64,000 bases of DNA from Clostridia bacterium (GCA_017515985.1 JAFWDV010000008.1:6470-70469), one strand, 5' to 3'; shown: positions 1 through 10,387, counted from the first letter of the stretch. The notes: generated by a model not told the origin, from the letters alone. Numbers and translations are program-made.

Positions 1-373
1 CGTAATTTAAATTATGTGCACTAAGGAAGTCTTTCACGTTTAAATCTTCTAGCCCGATTTTCTTAATTAAATGTCTTATAGAAATATGTTTTCCTATAGA
101 AATTCTGCTAAATATGTCTGTAATATCTATAATATCTGTTAATGAAGGAACAATCATTGCTCTTCTTGATGCATATAAGTAGTATGACTTTATATCAGTT
201 TCGTTTATAGTATCAAAAGCTCTTCTTATAGCTGCACCATCTCTAGCTAGAAAAAAAACTTTATCGATACCATTTTTTTCTAAATCTTTTAGTAACCATG
301 TACAAAAACTATATAGAATACTTCCAAAACATCTGTAACCAAATTTTTTAAATGTTTTTGTTGGTTTGTTCAT
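1..373 (-). CDS. hypothetical protein, partial (5' end inside window, 3' end beyond position 1). Translation begins MNKPTKTFKKFGYRCFGSILYSF.
   Basis: ATG at 373 with AGGAGG 10 nt upstream. The minus-strand frame stays open to the window edge. It is absent from the ORF track because no stop codon lies inside the window. Confidence 0.5.
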   Translation of the reverse strand, partial: MNKPTKTFKKFGYRCFGSILYSFCTWLLKDLEKNGIDKVFFLARDGAAIRRAFDTINETDIKSYYLYASRRAMIVPSLTDIIDITDIFSRISIGKHISIRHLIKKIGLEDLNVKDFLSAHNLNY

Positions 374-439
374 CTATTGCAATCCTCCTGTTCCACCCAA
401 TTCAAATTGTCCTATAATTAGTATTTTGGTAATTTATAC

Positions 440-1555
440 TTAAAAATTATCATATATATATGTTGTATTATCATCGTCTACGATGCATGATTTATACCTA
501 AATGCCGAATTCCATTCTGGTCTAAAGTATATAATGATGCTTGAATATATCAACAGTATAATAGATATACTATAATAAATAATTAATTTGTTCTTTTCTG
601 TTTTTAAATTATCTGTAATAATATTTGGTAAACATATTATTGTAAAAATGCTGAAATATGCAGATATTCTAGATAATACATTCATTTTCATTGCAATCAA
701 GCTACAAGCGGCCGCCACAACAAAAATATAAAAATAAAAATCATTCTTTTCATTTTTATTCTGGCTTTTTTTAACTAAAAGTATGCTAAATATATACATA
801 GATAAAAAAACGAATATGTGTATTAAATTTGATATATTTTCTTGACCTATCCTGTTTGAATAATAATTTGTTCTATTAAACAAATCATACACCTGATTAA
901 CAACATCCGAAATAAATATATTTACAAGTATAGCTACAACAAATATTCCAATTACTCTTAATTTTGAATATTTCATGTTGTAAAGAGGATATATTAAAAT
1001 CCCAACGAACGCAGATGTATGAAATAGCACTGCAATTACAATTGTAATAACATATGGTATAAATCTTTTTCTCTTTACGAAATCAAATCCTAATAAGATA
1101 ATTGAAATTGCCAAATATTGTCGTATTGTATTCATTGCACTGTAAAAGAATAACAAACAAATAAACATTAAAACACTAAGTAAATAATTATTCGAATTAT
1201 CTTTTATGAATCTATAAAATGCATAACAAATGAATAAACTTGTGCATATAATTAAAATCCTTGGATTATAACTTATGTAACTAATTATTATATTGGTAAT
1301 TACATATAACGGTTCATAATATCCCCCAAAAATCGTAGAACTCCATTTATATTGTGAAAATTTTTCAAAAGCATGAACATACATATTAGTATCAGTACCC
1401 GTACTATACGTTCTCATAGACATTAAAATAGCAATTATAGAGAATGAGAGAATTAAAAACAAGTTGCTTTTTATATTTTTAGATATCCTTTTAGTGGAAT
1501 ATATAATTGCATACAATGCTATGATAACCATAACCAAACAAAAATTAAAAATCAT
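440..1555 (-). CDS. Polytopic membrane protein, EpsG/Wzy-like polysaccharide polymerase.
   Basis: About 10 predicted TM helices and a very hydrophobic 371 aa sequence. It sits at the distal end of a glycosyltransferase cluster and its stop overlaps the next gene. Confidence 0.55.
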   Translation of the reverse strand: MIFNFCLVMVIIALYAIIYSTKRISKNIKSNLFLILSFSIIAILMSMRTYSTGTDTNMYVHAFEKFSQYKWSSTIFGGYYEPLYVITNIIISYISYNPRILIICTSLFICYAFYRFIKDNSNNYLLSVLMFICLLFFYSAMNTIRQYLAISIILLGFDFVKRKRFIPYVITIVIAVLFHTSAFVGILIYPLYNMKYSKLRVIGIFVVAILVNIFISDVVNQVYDLFNRTNYYSNRIGQENISNLIHIFVFLSMYIFSILLVKKSQNKNEKNDFYFYIFVVAAACSLIAMKMNVLSRISAYFSIFTIICLPNIITDNLKTEKNKLIIYYSISIILLIYSSIIIYFRPEWNSAFRYKSCIVDDDNTTYIYDNF

Positions 1556-2631
1556 CTTCTATCTCCTTTTATGATTTCGTTATACTTATTGAGTGTTTCT
1601 TCTATTACAGTATCCCAACTAAACTCGACATTAGATTTTTCATAAGCATTCTTCGCAAATTGATTTCTTAACTCACAATTCATAACAACTTGCTTGATGG
1701 CCTCAAATACTTCATTTGTACTAAATGAACATGCTATACCGCACTCATTCTTGTGTATAAACTCTCCAAGATATGTTCCATACGTTACTATACAAGGAAC
1801 ACCGACAGATAAAGCTTCAATAATTCCCATTGGCTGTCCCTCATACCTTGAGCATTGTACGAACGCATATGCCTTTTTTAATATCTTCTCTTTATCATTA
1901 CCATATACTGGTCCATTAACAATTAATACATCATCTACGTTGTTGTCACAAATCATTTGATTTAATATCTTTAACTCGTTTCCAGAATCTCTTCCGTATA
2001 GTTGTACTTTTATATTGTTGTCTTTAAACCATTTATAATTATCAATACATATTCTGACTAGTAAATCCAATCCTTTATGTTTAATTTCATATCTACCAAT
2101 AAAAATTAAATCTTTGTTTATTCCATCGCTATTATTTTTATATCTAGGTTTTTCTACGCCATTACCAGCAATTATACATTTATTGTACTTCAAATGGCTA
2201 TTCTTGCTTTCATTTTCATTCAAAAACTGAATCGCATCGGCATTCTTAATAAACTTATTGAAAAAAAACATATTCCCAAGAAATTTTTTTAAAGCGTGCT
2301 TCTTTTGAGCTTCCTTTACCATACAACCATGCGGAATTATAATATATTTAATGTTCTTTTTAACACATTCTTCATATAGTTTTATGTACTTCGGCTTATA
2401 TACCTCATTAAATACGACTATATCTGGATGGCAAAAAGGCTCAGGTAATTCAATAATTTTATTATACTCCTTATAGTTAAATAGCTTAATATCGTCATTT
2501 TGAATAGGATTGTCTAAGTTATATACAGCAACTTCATTATCCTTACTTTCATATTTTACATAGTTATTTACGGCAACAGCAACGCCATTTCCTTCGGCTT
2601 TTATTAAATCCGTAACATGCAATATTATCAT
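1552..2631 (-). CDS. Glycosyltransferase family 4 (GT-B).
   Basis: C-terminal EX7E-type motif region (GQPMGIIEALSVGVPCIVT), typical of GT4 sugar transferases. Confidence 0.75.
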   Translation of the reverse strand: MIILHVTDLIKAEGNGVAVAVNNYVKYESKDNEVAVYNLDNPIQNDDIKLFNYKEYNKIIELPEPFCHPDIVVFNEVYKPKYIKLYEECVKKNIKYIIIPHGCMVKEAQKKHALKKFLGNMFFFNKFIKNADAIQFLNENESKNSHLKYNKCIIAGNGVEKPRYKNNSDGINKDLIFIGRYEIKHKGLDLLVRICIDNYKWFKDNNIKVQLYGRDSGNELKILNQMICDNNVDDVLIVNGPVYGNDKEKILKKAYAFVQCSRYEGQPMGIIEALSVGVPCIVTYGTYLGEFIHKNECGIACSFSTNEVFEAIKQVVMNCELRNQFAKNAYEKSNVEFSWDTVIEETLNKYNEIIKGDRR

Positions 2632-2648
2632 TTAACTCCTCCAATTGT

Positions 2649-3848
2649 TTATTTTTTTGAAATAATTTTTTTTATCTTAAATTTTAACTTTTGTGGAAAA
2701 AAGAGTTTTATATATGACTTATAATTCTTTCGTATTTTTATTTTTTCAAAGAAATCACTTCTTTCGATATCCGTATACCAATTATCTCTGTCTATTGGTC
2801 TCTTTGATGGCGCTTTTAGTTGACCATTATTATCCTGCATTGTTTTATAATCCACGTAATCCCACTCTATCTTTTCATCCAACATTTTAAATGTTTCAAG
2901 CCCTTTGTTTGTATTTATTATCACTGTAGAAACGCCATTATAGTCAACCATATTTGGTTTAATATGTTCAATTCCCCAAAAATCCCCAAGTGTTATATCA
3001 GCATTTCTGTTTGGATTTGCATACTTACAACTATAACAGCTCTCCCTGTAGTTTTTACTATTCAAAAAACTCCAATAATATGGATCAAAATCAGCATTAA
3101 TCTTTTTTGAAACTATTTTACTTGTATTTTTTTTCAAAATTTCAAATTCTGCTAAAGCTTTGAAAGTTCCCCAGTTTGCAGCTTTTTTGCTACGAAATTG
3201 AAACCCCTTTAATTTAGCAGAGTATTTTTTTTCCAAAAAATCTACGTATTTGTCAAAAAGTTTTTGTGATGGTGTACCATGGCATATTACCTCTACAGTA
3301 GTTAAATTATCATATGATTTAGGCAGAAAATTAATTAGTGCAGCAATTTGACATGGAACACCACAAAATAGAACCTCTCTGTCATCATCTAGATATTTTT
3401 TTACATCAATAAAAACATTATCTAAATCTGAATATACATATTTAGAGCCCAATATTTTTGATAGTGCTTCTTTATTGTCAACAATTGTGTGGTGAACTTT
3501 GTGTCTTTCATCCATTTCACTTCCAACAACAATTCCACCTTTCTCAATCGTTTCAAGTGCTATTGTTCCGAATAATCCTCCAGATGAACACTTTAATTGT
3601 ATATCTTTATTTTTAGTTTTTGCTGCAACACAAAGTGGCTCTTTAAGGAAAGTATTACGTTTCATATCATTTAATAACGGACAATGTTTTTTGCATGCAC
3701 CACAATTAATACATTTGTTTGCATCTACATTCGGGTATAAAAATCCTTCAGCATCCTCATTCATAGAAATTGCATTTACAGGACAAATATTTTGACAATT
3801 CTTACATCCACAGCATTTATTCGGCTCATCAATAAATATATGATTCAT
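2649..3848 (-). CDS. 4Fe-4S ferredoxin domain protein resembling the beta subunit of coenzyme F420 hydrogenase/dehydrogenase; partner of the pyruvyl transferase.
   Basis: Two CxxCxxCxxxCP clusters at the N-terminus (CCGCKNCQNICP, CINCGACKKHCP). Proteins of this family are commonly co-operonic with polysaccharide pyruvyl transferases. Confidence 0.7.
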   Translation of the reverse strand: MNHIFIDEPNKCCGCKNCQNICPVNAISMNEDAEGFLYPNVDANKCINCGACKKHCPLLNDMKRNTFLKEPLCVAAKTKNKDIQLKCSSGGLFGTIALETIEKGGIVVGSEMDERHKVHHTIVDNKEALSKILGSKYVYSDLDNVFIDVKKYLDDDREVLFCGVPCQIAALINFLPKSYDNLTTVEVICHGTPSQKLFDKYVDFLEKKYSAKLKGFQFRSKKAANWGTFKALAEFEILKKNTSKIVSKKINADFDPYYWSFLNSKNYRESCYSCKYANPNRNADITLGDFWGIEHIKPNMVDYNGVSTVIINTNKGLETFKMLDEKIEWDYVDYKTMQDNNGQLKAPSKRPIDRDNWYTDIERSDFFEKIKIRKNYKSYIKLFFPQKLKFKIKKIISKK

Positions 3849-3849
3849 A

Positions 3850-4962
3850 TCATTCCTCCAGACTTTCTTTTAACCAGTTGTATGATTCTTCTCTCATTCC
3901 CTGCATTTTTTTATTAATTATTTCATAATCAATTGCATTTTCTACCACACTAATATCATTTTCGTCATTTGCTACCCTATTTTCCAAATTAAGCAACTTT
4001 AATAAACTCTGTAATCTTGTGCTAAACTTTCCAGGATAAACTATTACAAACTGTGTATTTAAGTTAAGTGAGAATGCTGTCGCATGGAATGAATCTGAAA
4101 TAACATACTCAGCATTATCTATTAAAGATATAAAATCCTCTACTTTGGGATTACAAATCATTTTTCCATTTTTATAAAAATCATGTAACTGATAGCTTAA
4201 ATACACAACTTGCATCCCCGTTTTATCAGATAACATCTTGGCATAATTATCTATTTTTTTATTTCTGTTAAGATTATAAACTAATATATATTTCTTACCT
4301 TTATATCTGTTTGAAGAAAGTTTTCTCCATTCATCTCCACACAATAACAGCGTTGGATCTACAACATTAACTGAACCTTTAATTCCAAGTGACTCTACAA
4401 TATCAACTCCAGAGCTCTCTCTTAGTGAAATTCTGTCATATCTTCTAAGCATTTTTCTAGTCTCTTCTATCTCGTTTTTTTGTAGTTCCTTTTTTCCAAA
4501 ACTTGCAGCATACGCAATTTTCTTTTTCTCATCTGGCGCATAACCTAAAAATAATGCCTTATCAATTTCATCGTTCCACTCACTATTCCATACCTGATCA
4601 CTTCCTGTACAATATATATCAGCTGTTGGAATATTAGATTTTATTTCATTATAATTTTTATAAACTTTTTTTGTCATATTTAAATAATTATTTCTAAATT
4701 TTTTGAAAGTTCTAAATCTCAACAAGTATGATGGAAATATAACAAATCTTGCTGCTGTTCTTGCTAATAATGAATTCTCTAGTTTCTTTGTTTTATATTT
4801 GATATTCTTTAACATTCCTAATTTTGTCATTCGCTCCGGTAAATAGTTAATTGTTTCAACATCAAATCCTATTTTTTTTATTGTTTGCTCTGTTGCATAA
4901 CATTGTAATACCGATCCATAATTTGGAACATTCTGTAGTGTGATTAAACTCACTTTTTTCAT
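3850..4962 (-). CDS. Polysaccharide pyruvyl transferase (CsaB/WcaK family).
   Basis: N-terminus MKKVSLITLQNVPNYGSVLQCYATEQ matches the PS_pyruv_trans signature. Adjacent to the F420-beta-like FeS protein. Confidence 0.75.
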   Translation of the reverse strand: MKKVSLITLQNVPNYGSVLQCYATEQTIKKIGFDVETINYLPERMTKLGMLKNIKYKTKKLENSLLARTAARFVIFPSYLLRFRTFKKFRNNYLNMTKKVYKNYNEIKSNIPTADIYCTGSDQVWNSEWNDEIDKALFLGYAPDEKKKIAYAASFGKKELQKNEIEETRKMLRRYDRISLRESSGVDIVESLGIKGSVNVVDPTLLLCGDEWRKLSSNRYKGKKYILVYNLNRNKKIDNYAKMLSDKTGMQVVYLSYQLHDFYKNGKMICNPKVEDFISLIDNAEYVISDSFHATAFSLNLNTQFVIVYPGKFSTRLQSLLKLLNLENRVANDENDISVVENAIDYEIINKKMQGMREESYNWLKESLEE

Positions 4963-4975
4963 AAATTTATATCTC

Positions 4976-5812
4976 CTAATCTCTCAAAAATTTTTTATAT
5001 ACAATAGCTCTAATTTTATTTGGCATTATTGACACTATTGTCGATGAAAATGCCGTTTTAACAAACTGTTTAAATGTAAAATAACCTTTTTTATAGTATT
5101 TGTATTTAAATCCAAGTATTGGCTTCAAATATTTAATTCCACCACGTCTTTTGAAAAAATCATCACTTGTACGAACATAATACAGAACCTCTTGAAATGT
5201 ATAAAACTTACATTCATTCATTATCATTCTGATATATAAATCAAAATCTTCAGTAAGTGGACTATGTTGATAACTGCCAGCTTTTTTTACTGAATCTACT
5301 TTAAAAATAACTGTAGGTTGTATCATAGGACATCTTCCATGACCAAATTTTATGATTTCATCATTGTATTCTGGCATTGTTCTTGTTGATACAATGTTTC
5401 CAATATCATTTATAAATTCAGCTGCATTAGTACCAATTGCATCAATGTCGCTATGCTCCGATAAGTACTTCATTTGTTTTTCAAATTTTGTCTCTGCAGC
5501 ATAATCATCAGAATCCATAATTGCAGCCCATTTATTTGTACACAATTCAAGACCTTTGTTATATGCATTGCCAGCACCAACGTTTTTTTCAAATTGAAAC
5601 ACTCTAAAAATGTCTTTTTTTTGCTTAATAATAGTACTTATTAAATTTTCTTGTTCTGCCGTCAACTCGCCATCTTTTATAATTATAAACTCGTTCGTTT
5701 GATATGTTTGATTTAGAATACTATTTATGCTTATTTCTAAATCTTTTGGACAAACCTTAGAATATATACTCATAATGACGGAATAATTATCTAACTGATT
5801 CACGAAATCCAT
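4976..5812 (-). CDS. Glycosyltransferase family 2.
   Basis: N-terminal GT-A fold motifs (SVIMSIYSKV ... DSDD). Confidence 0.75.
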   Translation of the reverse strand: MDFVNQLDNYSVIMSIYSKVCPKDLEISINSILNQTYQTNEFIIIKDGELTAEQENLISTIIKQKKDIFRVFQFEKNVGAGNAYNKGLELCTNKWAAIMDSDDYAAETKFEKQMKYLSEHSDIDAIGTNAAEFINDIGNIVSTRTMPEYNDEIIKFGHGRCPMIQPTVIFKVDSVKKAGSYQHSPLTEDFDLYIRMIMNECKFYTFQEVLYYVRTSDDFFKRRGGIKYLKPILGFKYKYYKKGYFTFKQFVKTAFSSTIVSIMPNKIRAIVYKKFLRD

Positions 5813-5888
5813 TTCTCCTTACTTTTTTTATAACCAAACAAAATAAAGGTATGCTCTACCTTTATTTTGTTATCTTTTGTTATTTAAT

Positions 5889-6704
5889 TCAGACTGCTCC
5901 TTCTTTTTTAACAACAGATAATACAGTTTTGAATAAAATCTTGATATCCATCCATACTGACCAGTTTCTTGCATACTTTGTTTCCATATATACACGTTCT
6001 TCATATGAAGTTTCGCTTCTTCCATTTGCAGCCCAATATCCAGTAATTCCTGGTTTAACAGACAAAACATCTTTTTTATATTCACCAAATTTTTCTATCT
6101 CGTCATCTACAACTGCTCTTGGTCCAACTAAAGACATGCTTCCCATTAGGACATTTACAAATTGTGGAAACTCATCTAATGATGTTTTTCTCATAAAGTT
6201 GCCAATTTTTGTTATTCTTGGATCATTTTTTAATTTTCTGTTTTCTTTCCATTCTTTTCTAAGATCTTCGTTGTTGGCTAATATTTCTTTTAGTTTTTCA
6301 TCAGCTCCAACAATCATAGTTCTAAATTTATACATTTTGAACACTTTTCCATCTTTTCCTATTCTTTTTTGAGCATAAAACAATGGTCCATTTTCTTTAT
6401 TTACTAGGTTTAGTATTGCTATAATAACTGTTAATGGAATTAAAAATAAAATTCCAACTAAAGCCCCCATTATATCCATAGTTCTTTTTAATCCAACGTT
6501 TAACGCTTTAACAACAACATTTTCTTTTTTGTATGAATCTGGTGCGACAACAGTTGTATTTGGCTCTATAGCAACTTCATTATATGTTTCTCTTCTGAAT
6601 CTAAATCTTCTTCTTCCTAATGTTGCAACCCCCGTTGCAATGTTTACTATATTTTCTTTTACATTTGCGTTATCATCTTCTATAGTTGTTTCAACTTTAT
6701 CCAT
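5889..6704 (-). CDS. Undecaprenyl-phosphate sugar phosphotransferase (bacterial sugar transferase, WbaP C-terminal / EpsL-like priming enzyme).
   Basis: Motifs KRTMDIMGALVGIL, PLFYAQKRIGKDGKVFKMYKFRTM, DEFPQFVNVLMGSMSLVGPR. Confidence 0.85.
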   Translation of the reverse strand: MDKVETTIEDDNANVKENIVNIATGVATLGRRRFRFRRETYNEVAIEPNTTVVAPDSYKKENVVVKALNVGLKRTMDIMGALVGILFLIPLTVIIAILNLVNKENGPLFYAQKRIGKDGKVFKMYKFRTMIVGADEKLKEILANNEDLRKEWKENRKLKNDPRITKIGNFMRKTSLDEFPQFVNVLMGSMSLVGPRAVVDDEIEKFGEYKKDVLSVKPGITGYWAANGRSETSYEERVYMETKYARNWSVWMDIKILFKTVLSVVKKEGAV

Positions 6705-6957
6705 AATAAATTTCCCCCAATTTTGCTCCCCTTGTCTCGATCTTCAGTGTATATTCAACTTCCTTTTACTTTAGTAATAATACCATTATTATGTAATTTC
6801 CGTTCAATACGCTTGCCCCTTATTCTATCATAAATTGTTTACATATTTCAACAATTTTTCGTAATTTTTACTATTTTTTTAAAACTTTTTCTTCTAATAT
6901 AATAAAATATCAGATTTTCTTATGAAAACATGGCTTATACGTCTATGTATATGCGAA

Positions 6958-6997
6958 AAAAAACATCATATCACAAGCTCATGTGACATGATGTTTT
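6958..6997. terminator. Bidirectional intrinsic terminator (11 bp perfect stem flanked by A and T runs).
   Basis: AAAAACATCAT...ATGATGTTTTT directly downstream of the 7013..7864 gene. Confidence 0.6.
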
Positions 6998-7012
6998 TAT
7001 ATATTTTTTTTC

Positions 7013-7864
7013 TTATCTTATTATCTGTGAATGCTCTTCTAGCAGTTGCATTTTTGATATTCTTCTTTTAGATTCAAATACGATAATCCAAATAATTCCA
7101 ACTATGCATAAAACAATTCCAACAACAAATACATTTTGCAAGAACTCGTTTACAGCAGATATCAAAGCTTCAGAAAATGCTTTACTTAGCACAAGTATAT
7201 TGCTCACTGCAACATTTGTACCAGAATAGCATTTAAGTGCTACGCATAAAGCTCCAGTCGCAACACATATAACGCCTACTACTGGTTTGCAAACTTTGTA
7301 TATTAAAACTAGAGCTAGTACAGAAACAATTGCTAATACAACAGCACCTATTGATGCAATTTTTCTTGCTTTCTTTACATATTTAGCTGCGCCCTTTACT
7401 GTATCATGTGAAAACTCTATGTTTCTTTTATATGTATCAACTATTGCATTTTTGAATTCTTCGATGCCATTTTTATCTTCTTCATCAATTTCAAATCCAT
7501 TTTGCTCTACATAGCTTTGTATATTTTTATCTAACTTAGATTTTATATCTTCGTCATTTATTTTATATTCTTTTCCTTCATACAAGTTATCTACTAATCC
7601 ATTTACATCTTTTTCGATACCATATTTTGTAATAACTCCATCCATTATACTGCTCTCAAAACCAGATTGCATTATGTAGTTATTGCATGCTTCAGTTACA
7701 GTATTATATACTTCTTCATAATAATTTGCCTGAACAAGCTTAGACTTTATGCTGTCTGCTCTTAGTAATGTAACATTTACGTTTGCAAGTAGTATGGTAG
7801 CAGTTAAGAATATAACGAATAGTATTGATAATATGTATGAAATAATTCTTTTCTTTCTAATCAT
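7013..7864 (-). CDS. Membrane protein of unknown function (N-terminal TM, extracytoplasmic coiled region, C-terminal multi-TM).
   Basis: Hydrophobic segments at both ends. First gene of the sortase operon. Confidence 0.5.
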   Translation of the reverse strand: MIRKKRIISYILSILFVIFLTATILLANVNVTLLRADSIKSKLVQANYYEEVYNTVTEACNNYIMQSGFESSIMDGVITKYGIEKDVNGLVDNLYEGKEYKINDEDIKSKLDKNIQSYVEQNGFEIDEEDKNGIEEFKNAIVDTYKRNIEFSHDTVKGAAKYVKKARKIASIGAVVLAIVSVLALVLIYKVCKPVVGVICVATGALCVALKCYSGTNVAVSNILVLSKAFSEALISAVNEFLQNVFVVGIVLCIVGIIWIIVFESKRRISKMQLLEEHSQIIR

Positions 7865-7890
7865 CTATAATCCATTCCCTTCTAACTTCT

Positions 7891-8547
7891 CTATGAAACT
7901 CTTTTAGCATATACAACAAATCTATCTGTTTTATGGCCTAAGCCGTTTACAGGATAGCATGTATATAGCATTAAAATTTCTTCATCATCTTGAACTGGCA
8001 ATTCATCTACATCGTACATATTTACAACTTTTGTGTGATCTACTTTGTATTTGAATTCGCCGTATGTAGTTTCTATTACTATTTCTGCCTTCTTCTTTAT
8101 CTCAGGCAATTTGTATAGAAAAGTTTTTGTATTATGACCCATACATATTACAGAGCCACCTTCACCTGGAAAATATGCTCCACTAGATTGTCCAACACCA
8201 TTTTTTAATATTGATAACTTATCACCGTAATATAGTGGTAAATTAATATCTAATGATTCTATTCTGATATTTCCATATCTTGTTCCATACTCAGGATATT
8301 CTTCTATTTTGCATTTTTCTGGATTAAATTTAATTTCTGACACTACATTACTGTTTGTATTTATTGATACCATATCTAGCACTTCTATTGCCGATTTTAT
8401 TTTATTACCAAATAAAATATTAATGCTTCCAATAATACCAATTACAATAATAGAAGCAACCATTAAATCAATAATAATTGCTTCTATCTTTACCCATATA
8501 GTAGATTTATTGTTAAGCATTAGCTTTTGCTGCATTCTTTCTTGCAA
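7891..8547 (-). CDS. Sortase-family transpeptidase (likely class D/B).
   Basis: N-terminal TM anchor, catalytic-His region (ICMGHNTKT), TLxTC-like cysteine motif (MLYTCYP) and a downstream Arg (DRFVVYAKR). Confidence 0.6.
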   Translation of the reverse strand: MQERMQQKLMLNNKSTIWVKIEAIIIDLMVASIIVIGIIGSINILFGNKIKSAIEVLDMVSINTNSNVVSEIKFNPEKCKIEEYPEYGTRYGNIRIESLDINLPLYYGDKLSILKNGVGQSSGAYFPGEGGSVICMGHNTKTFLYKLPEIKKKAEIVIETTYGEFKYKVDHTKVVNMYDVDELPVQDDEEILMLYTCYPVNGLGHKTDRFVVYAKRVS

Positions 8548-9160
8548 CTATAAATGTAATGCCGGCAACTAACACTACTCCTGCTACAGCTACATATGCG
8601 TAGTTTGTAGAACCTGTTTGAATTAATTTTGACTCAGTTGTTCCTTTACCAGATTTTACTTCAACTCCCCAGAATAAAGAATCGATAAATTCTCCATTTT
8701 CATCGAATATATCTAATCTTTCTTCAGAAGCATCATATTTTACTGTCATATTTAATACAGCTGCTGCATCCTTTACAATTTGAAGTAATTTGTTTTTCTT
8801 TTCTTTAGAGCTTAATTTGCTTGGAGATTTAGCTCCGTCATCATTCATATACTTTATAGCTTCATCCATATATCCCTTAATTTTTGTAGCTTGTTCATCT
8901 GTCATATCTACCTTTTTGAAGAAGCTTTCTAATTTTACCTTATCAGCATCTCTGATTATTATTTTTGTTCCTGTGAAATCTTTCTCTGTGCACATATATT
9001 CTTGTAATTCTGCCTTTGTTACGGCTTGTGATTTTGTTGCGAAAGCAACTAGTGTTAATAGCATTACTGCTAGTATAGCAATTGATTTTTTAACCATACT
9101 CATTTTTATCATCCTTCCTTCTTTAAATGTTTTCTTTTGAAACTGGTTAGATTTTATCAC
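8513..9160 (-). CDS. Secreted protein with a C-terminal cell-wall sorting signal (LIQTGS, hydrophobic stretch, RKNAAKANA); putative sortase substrate. The likely true start is at about 9103 (MSMVKK).
   Basis: Signal peptide ending AFATKSQA. C-terminus KLIQTGSTNYAYVAVAGVVLVAGITFIVARKNAAKANA. An RBS GGAAGGA lies 8 nt before the internal ATG. Confidence 0.6.
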   Translation of the reverse strand: MIKSNQFQKKTFKEGRMIKMSMVKKSIAILAVMLLTLVAFATKSQAVTKAELQEYMCTEKDFTGTKIIIRDADKVKLESFFKKVDMTDEQATKIKGYMDEAIKYMNDDGAKSPSKLSSKEKKNKLLQIVKDAAAVLNMTVKYDASEERLDIFDENGEFIDSLFWGVEVKSGKGTTESKLIQTGSTNYAYVAVAGVVLVAGITFIVARKNAAKANA

Positions 9161-9224
9161 CTCTTTTTTTTAAAATCAACTATATTTTTTTATATTTTTA
9201 TTTTTTTGACTTTTACGGAATATT

Positions 9225-10349
9225 ATGTTAAACTGTATAGTACATTTTAATAAAGGATGTGATTTTTTGAAGAAATTAGAAAATGAAAATAATAAAAATG
9301 TTGCTAATGAAAATACAAAAAAGTCTAAGAAAGTACTAAGAGTAATTTTAAAGATTTTCCTTATTATATTTGTTTCAATAATAATATTTGTACTTACAAC
9401 ATTTTTAACTGCACTTATCTATTTAAATAGTAAATTTGGAAAAATTGAATTTGATAATTTAACAAAAACCGACGTATACATTGATAATGATGTTGATAAA
9501 AGTTTATCAGACTATAGAAATATAGCTATTTTAGGTATTGATGCACGTTCCGATACATTCAGCCGAGGAAACAGAAGTGATTGTATAATGATTGTAAGCA
9601 TCAATAAGAAAAATAAAGATATCAAGATAGCATCAGTTTATAGAGACACTTATCTAGATATTGAAGGTCGTGGGTTGGATAAAGTTACGCACGCATATTC
9701 ATTTGGCGAAGCAAGGCTTGCTATTAACACTTTAAACAGGAACTTAGATTTAAATATTTCTGAATATGTTGCAATTAACTTTGATACAGTTCGTACAGCT
9801 GTTGATGAAGTTGGCGGAGTTACTATTACGCTAGATGCAGATGAAGTAAAATATATAAACGGATATATAAATGCTTTAAATAAACAATTTGGTACATCTT
9901 CTAAGAATATTACAAAGCCAGGTACATATAACTTAGATGGTGTTCAAGCACTAGCATATGGACGAATCAGATATACTGATGGTGGCGACTACAAAAGAAC
10001 AGAGCGTATGAGAGATGTCCTTCTTGCTGTATTTGATAAGGCAAAAAAATCTGACATCGCTACACTTAATAATTTATTAGATACAATGCTACCACATGTT
10101 AGAACTAATATCTCAAAAAATAACATATTAGCTCTTATCCCAAGCATCGCATCGTATAACGTTACTGATAATTTCGGATGGCCATATGAAGTTGATGGAA
10201 AAATTATAAACAAAGTATGGTATGGAGTTCCTGTTAATTTAGAAGCTAATGTATCAAAACTTCACAAGCAATTATTTAATCAAGATAACTATACTCCAAG
10301 TGCAACCGTTCAAACCATAAGTAATGATATTAAAGAAAAGACTAAATAG
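9225..10349 (+). CDS. LytR-CpsA-Psr (LCP) family glycopolymer-to-peptidoglycan transferase.
   Basis: N-terminal TM, then LCP core (IAILGIDARSD ... RSDCIMIVSINKKNKDIKIASVYRDTYLDI). Confidence 0.8.
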   Translation: MLNCIVHFNKGCDFLKKLENENNKNVANENTKKSKKVLRVILKIFLIIFVSIIIFVLTTFLTALIYLNSKFGKIEFDNLTKTDVYIDNDVDKSLSDYRNIAILGIDARSDTFSRGNRSDCIMIVSINKKNKDIKIASVYRDTYLDIEGRGLDKVTHAYSFGEARLAINTLNRNLDLNISEYVAINFDTVRTAVDEVGGVTITLDADEVKYINGYINALNKQFGTSSKNITKPGTYNLDGVQALAYGRIRYTDGGDYKRTERMRDVLLAVFDKAKKSDIATLNNLLDTMLPHVRTNISKNNILALIPSIASYNVTDNFGWPYEVDGKIINKVWYGVPVNLEANVSKLHKQLFNQDNYTPSATVQTISNDIKEKTK

Positions 10350-10387
10350 AACCTATAGAATTTTACATAGCCAATAATAGAAAAAAC

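Noticed and set aside
6705-7012. Possible regulatory RNA in the 308 bp gap between the sugar transferase and the sortase operon
   Set aside because: The only structured element is a perfect 11 bp-stem hairpin with flanking A and T runs, adjacent to the upstream gene stop. This fits a plain bidirectional terminator.
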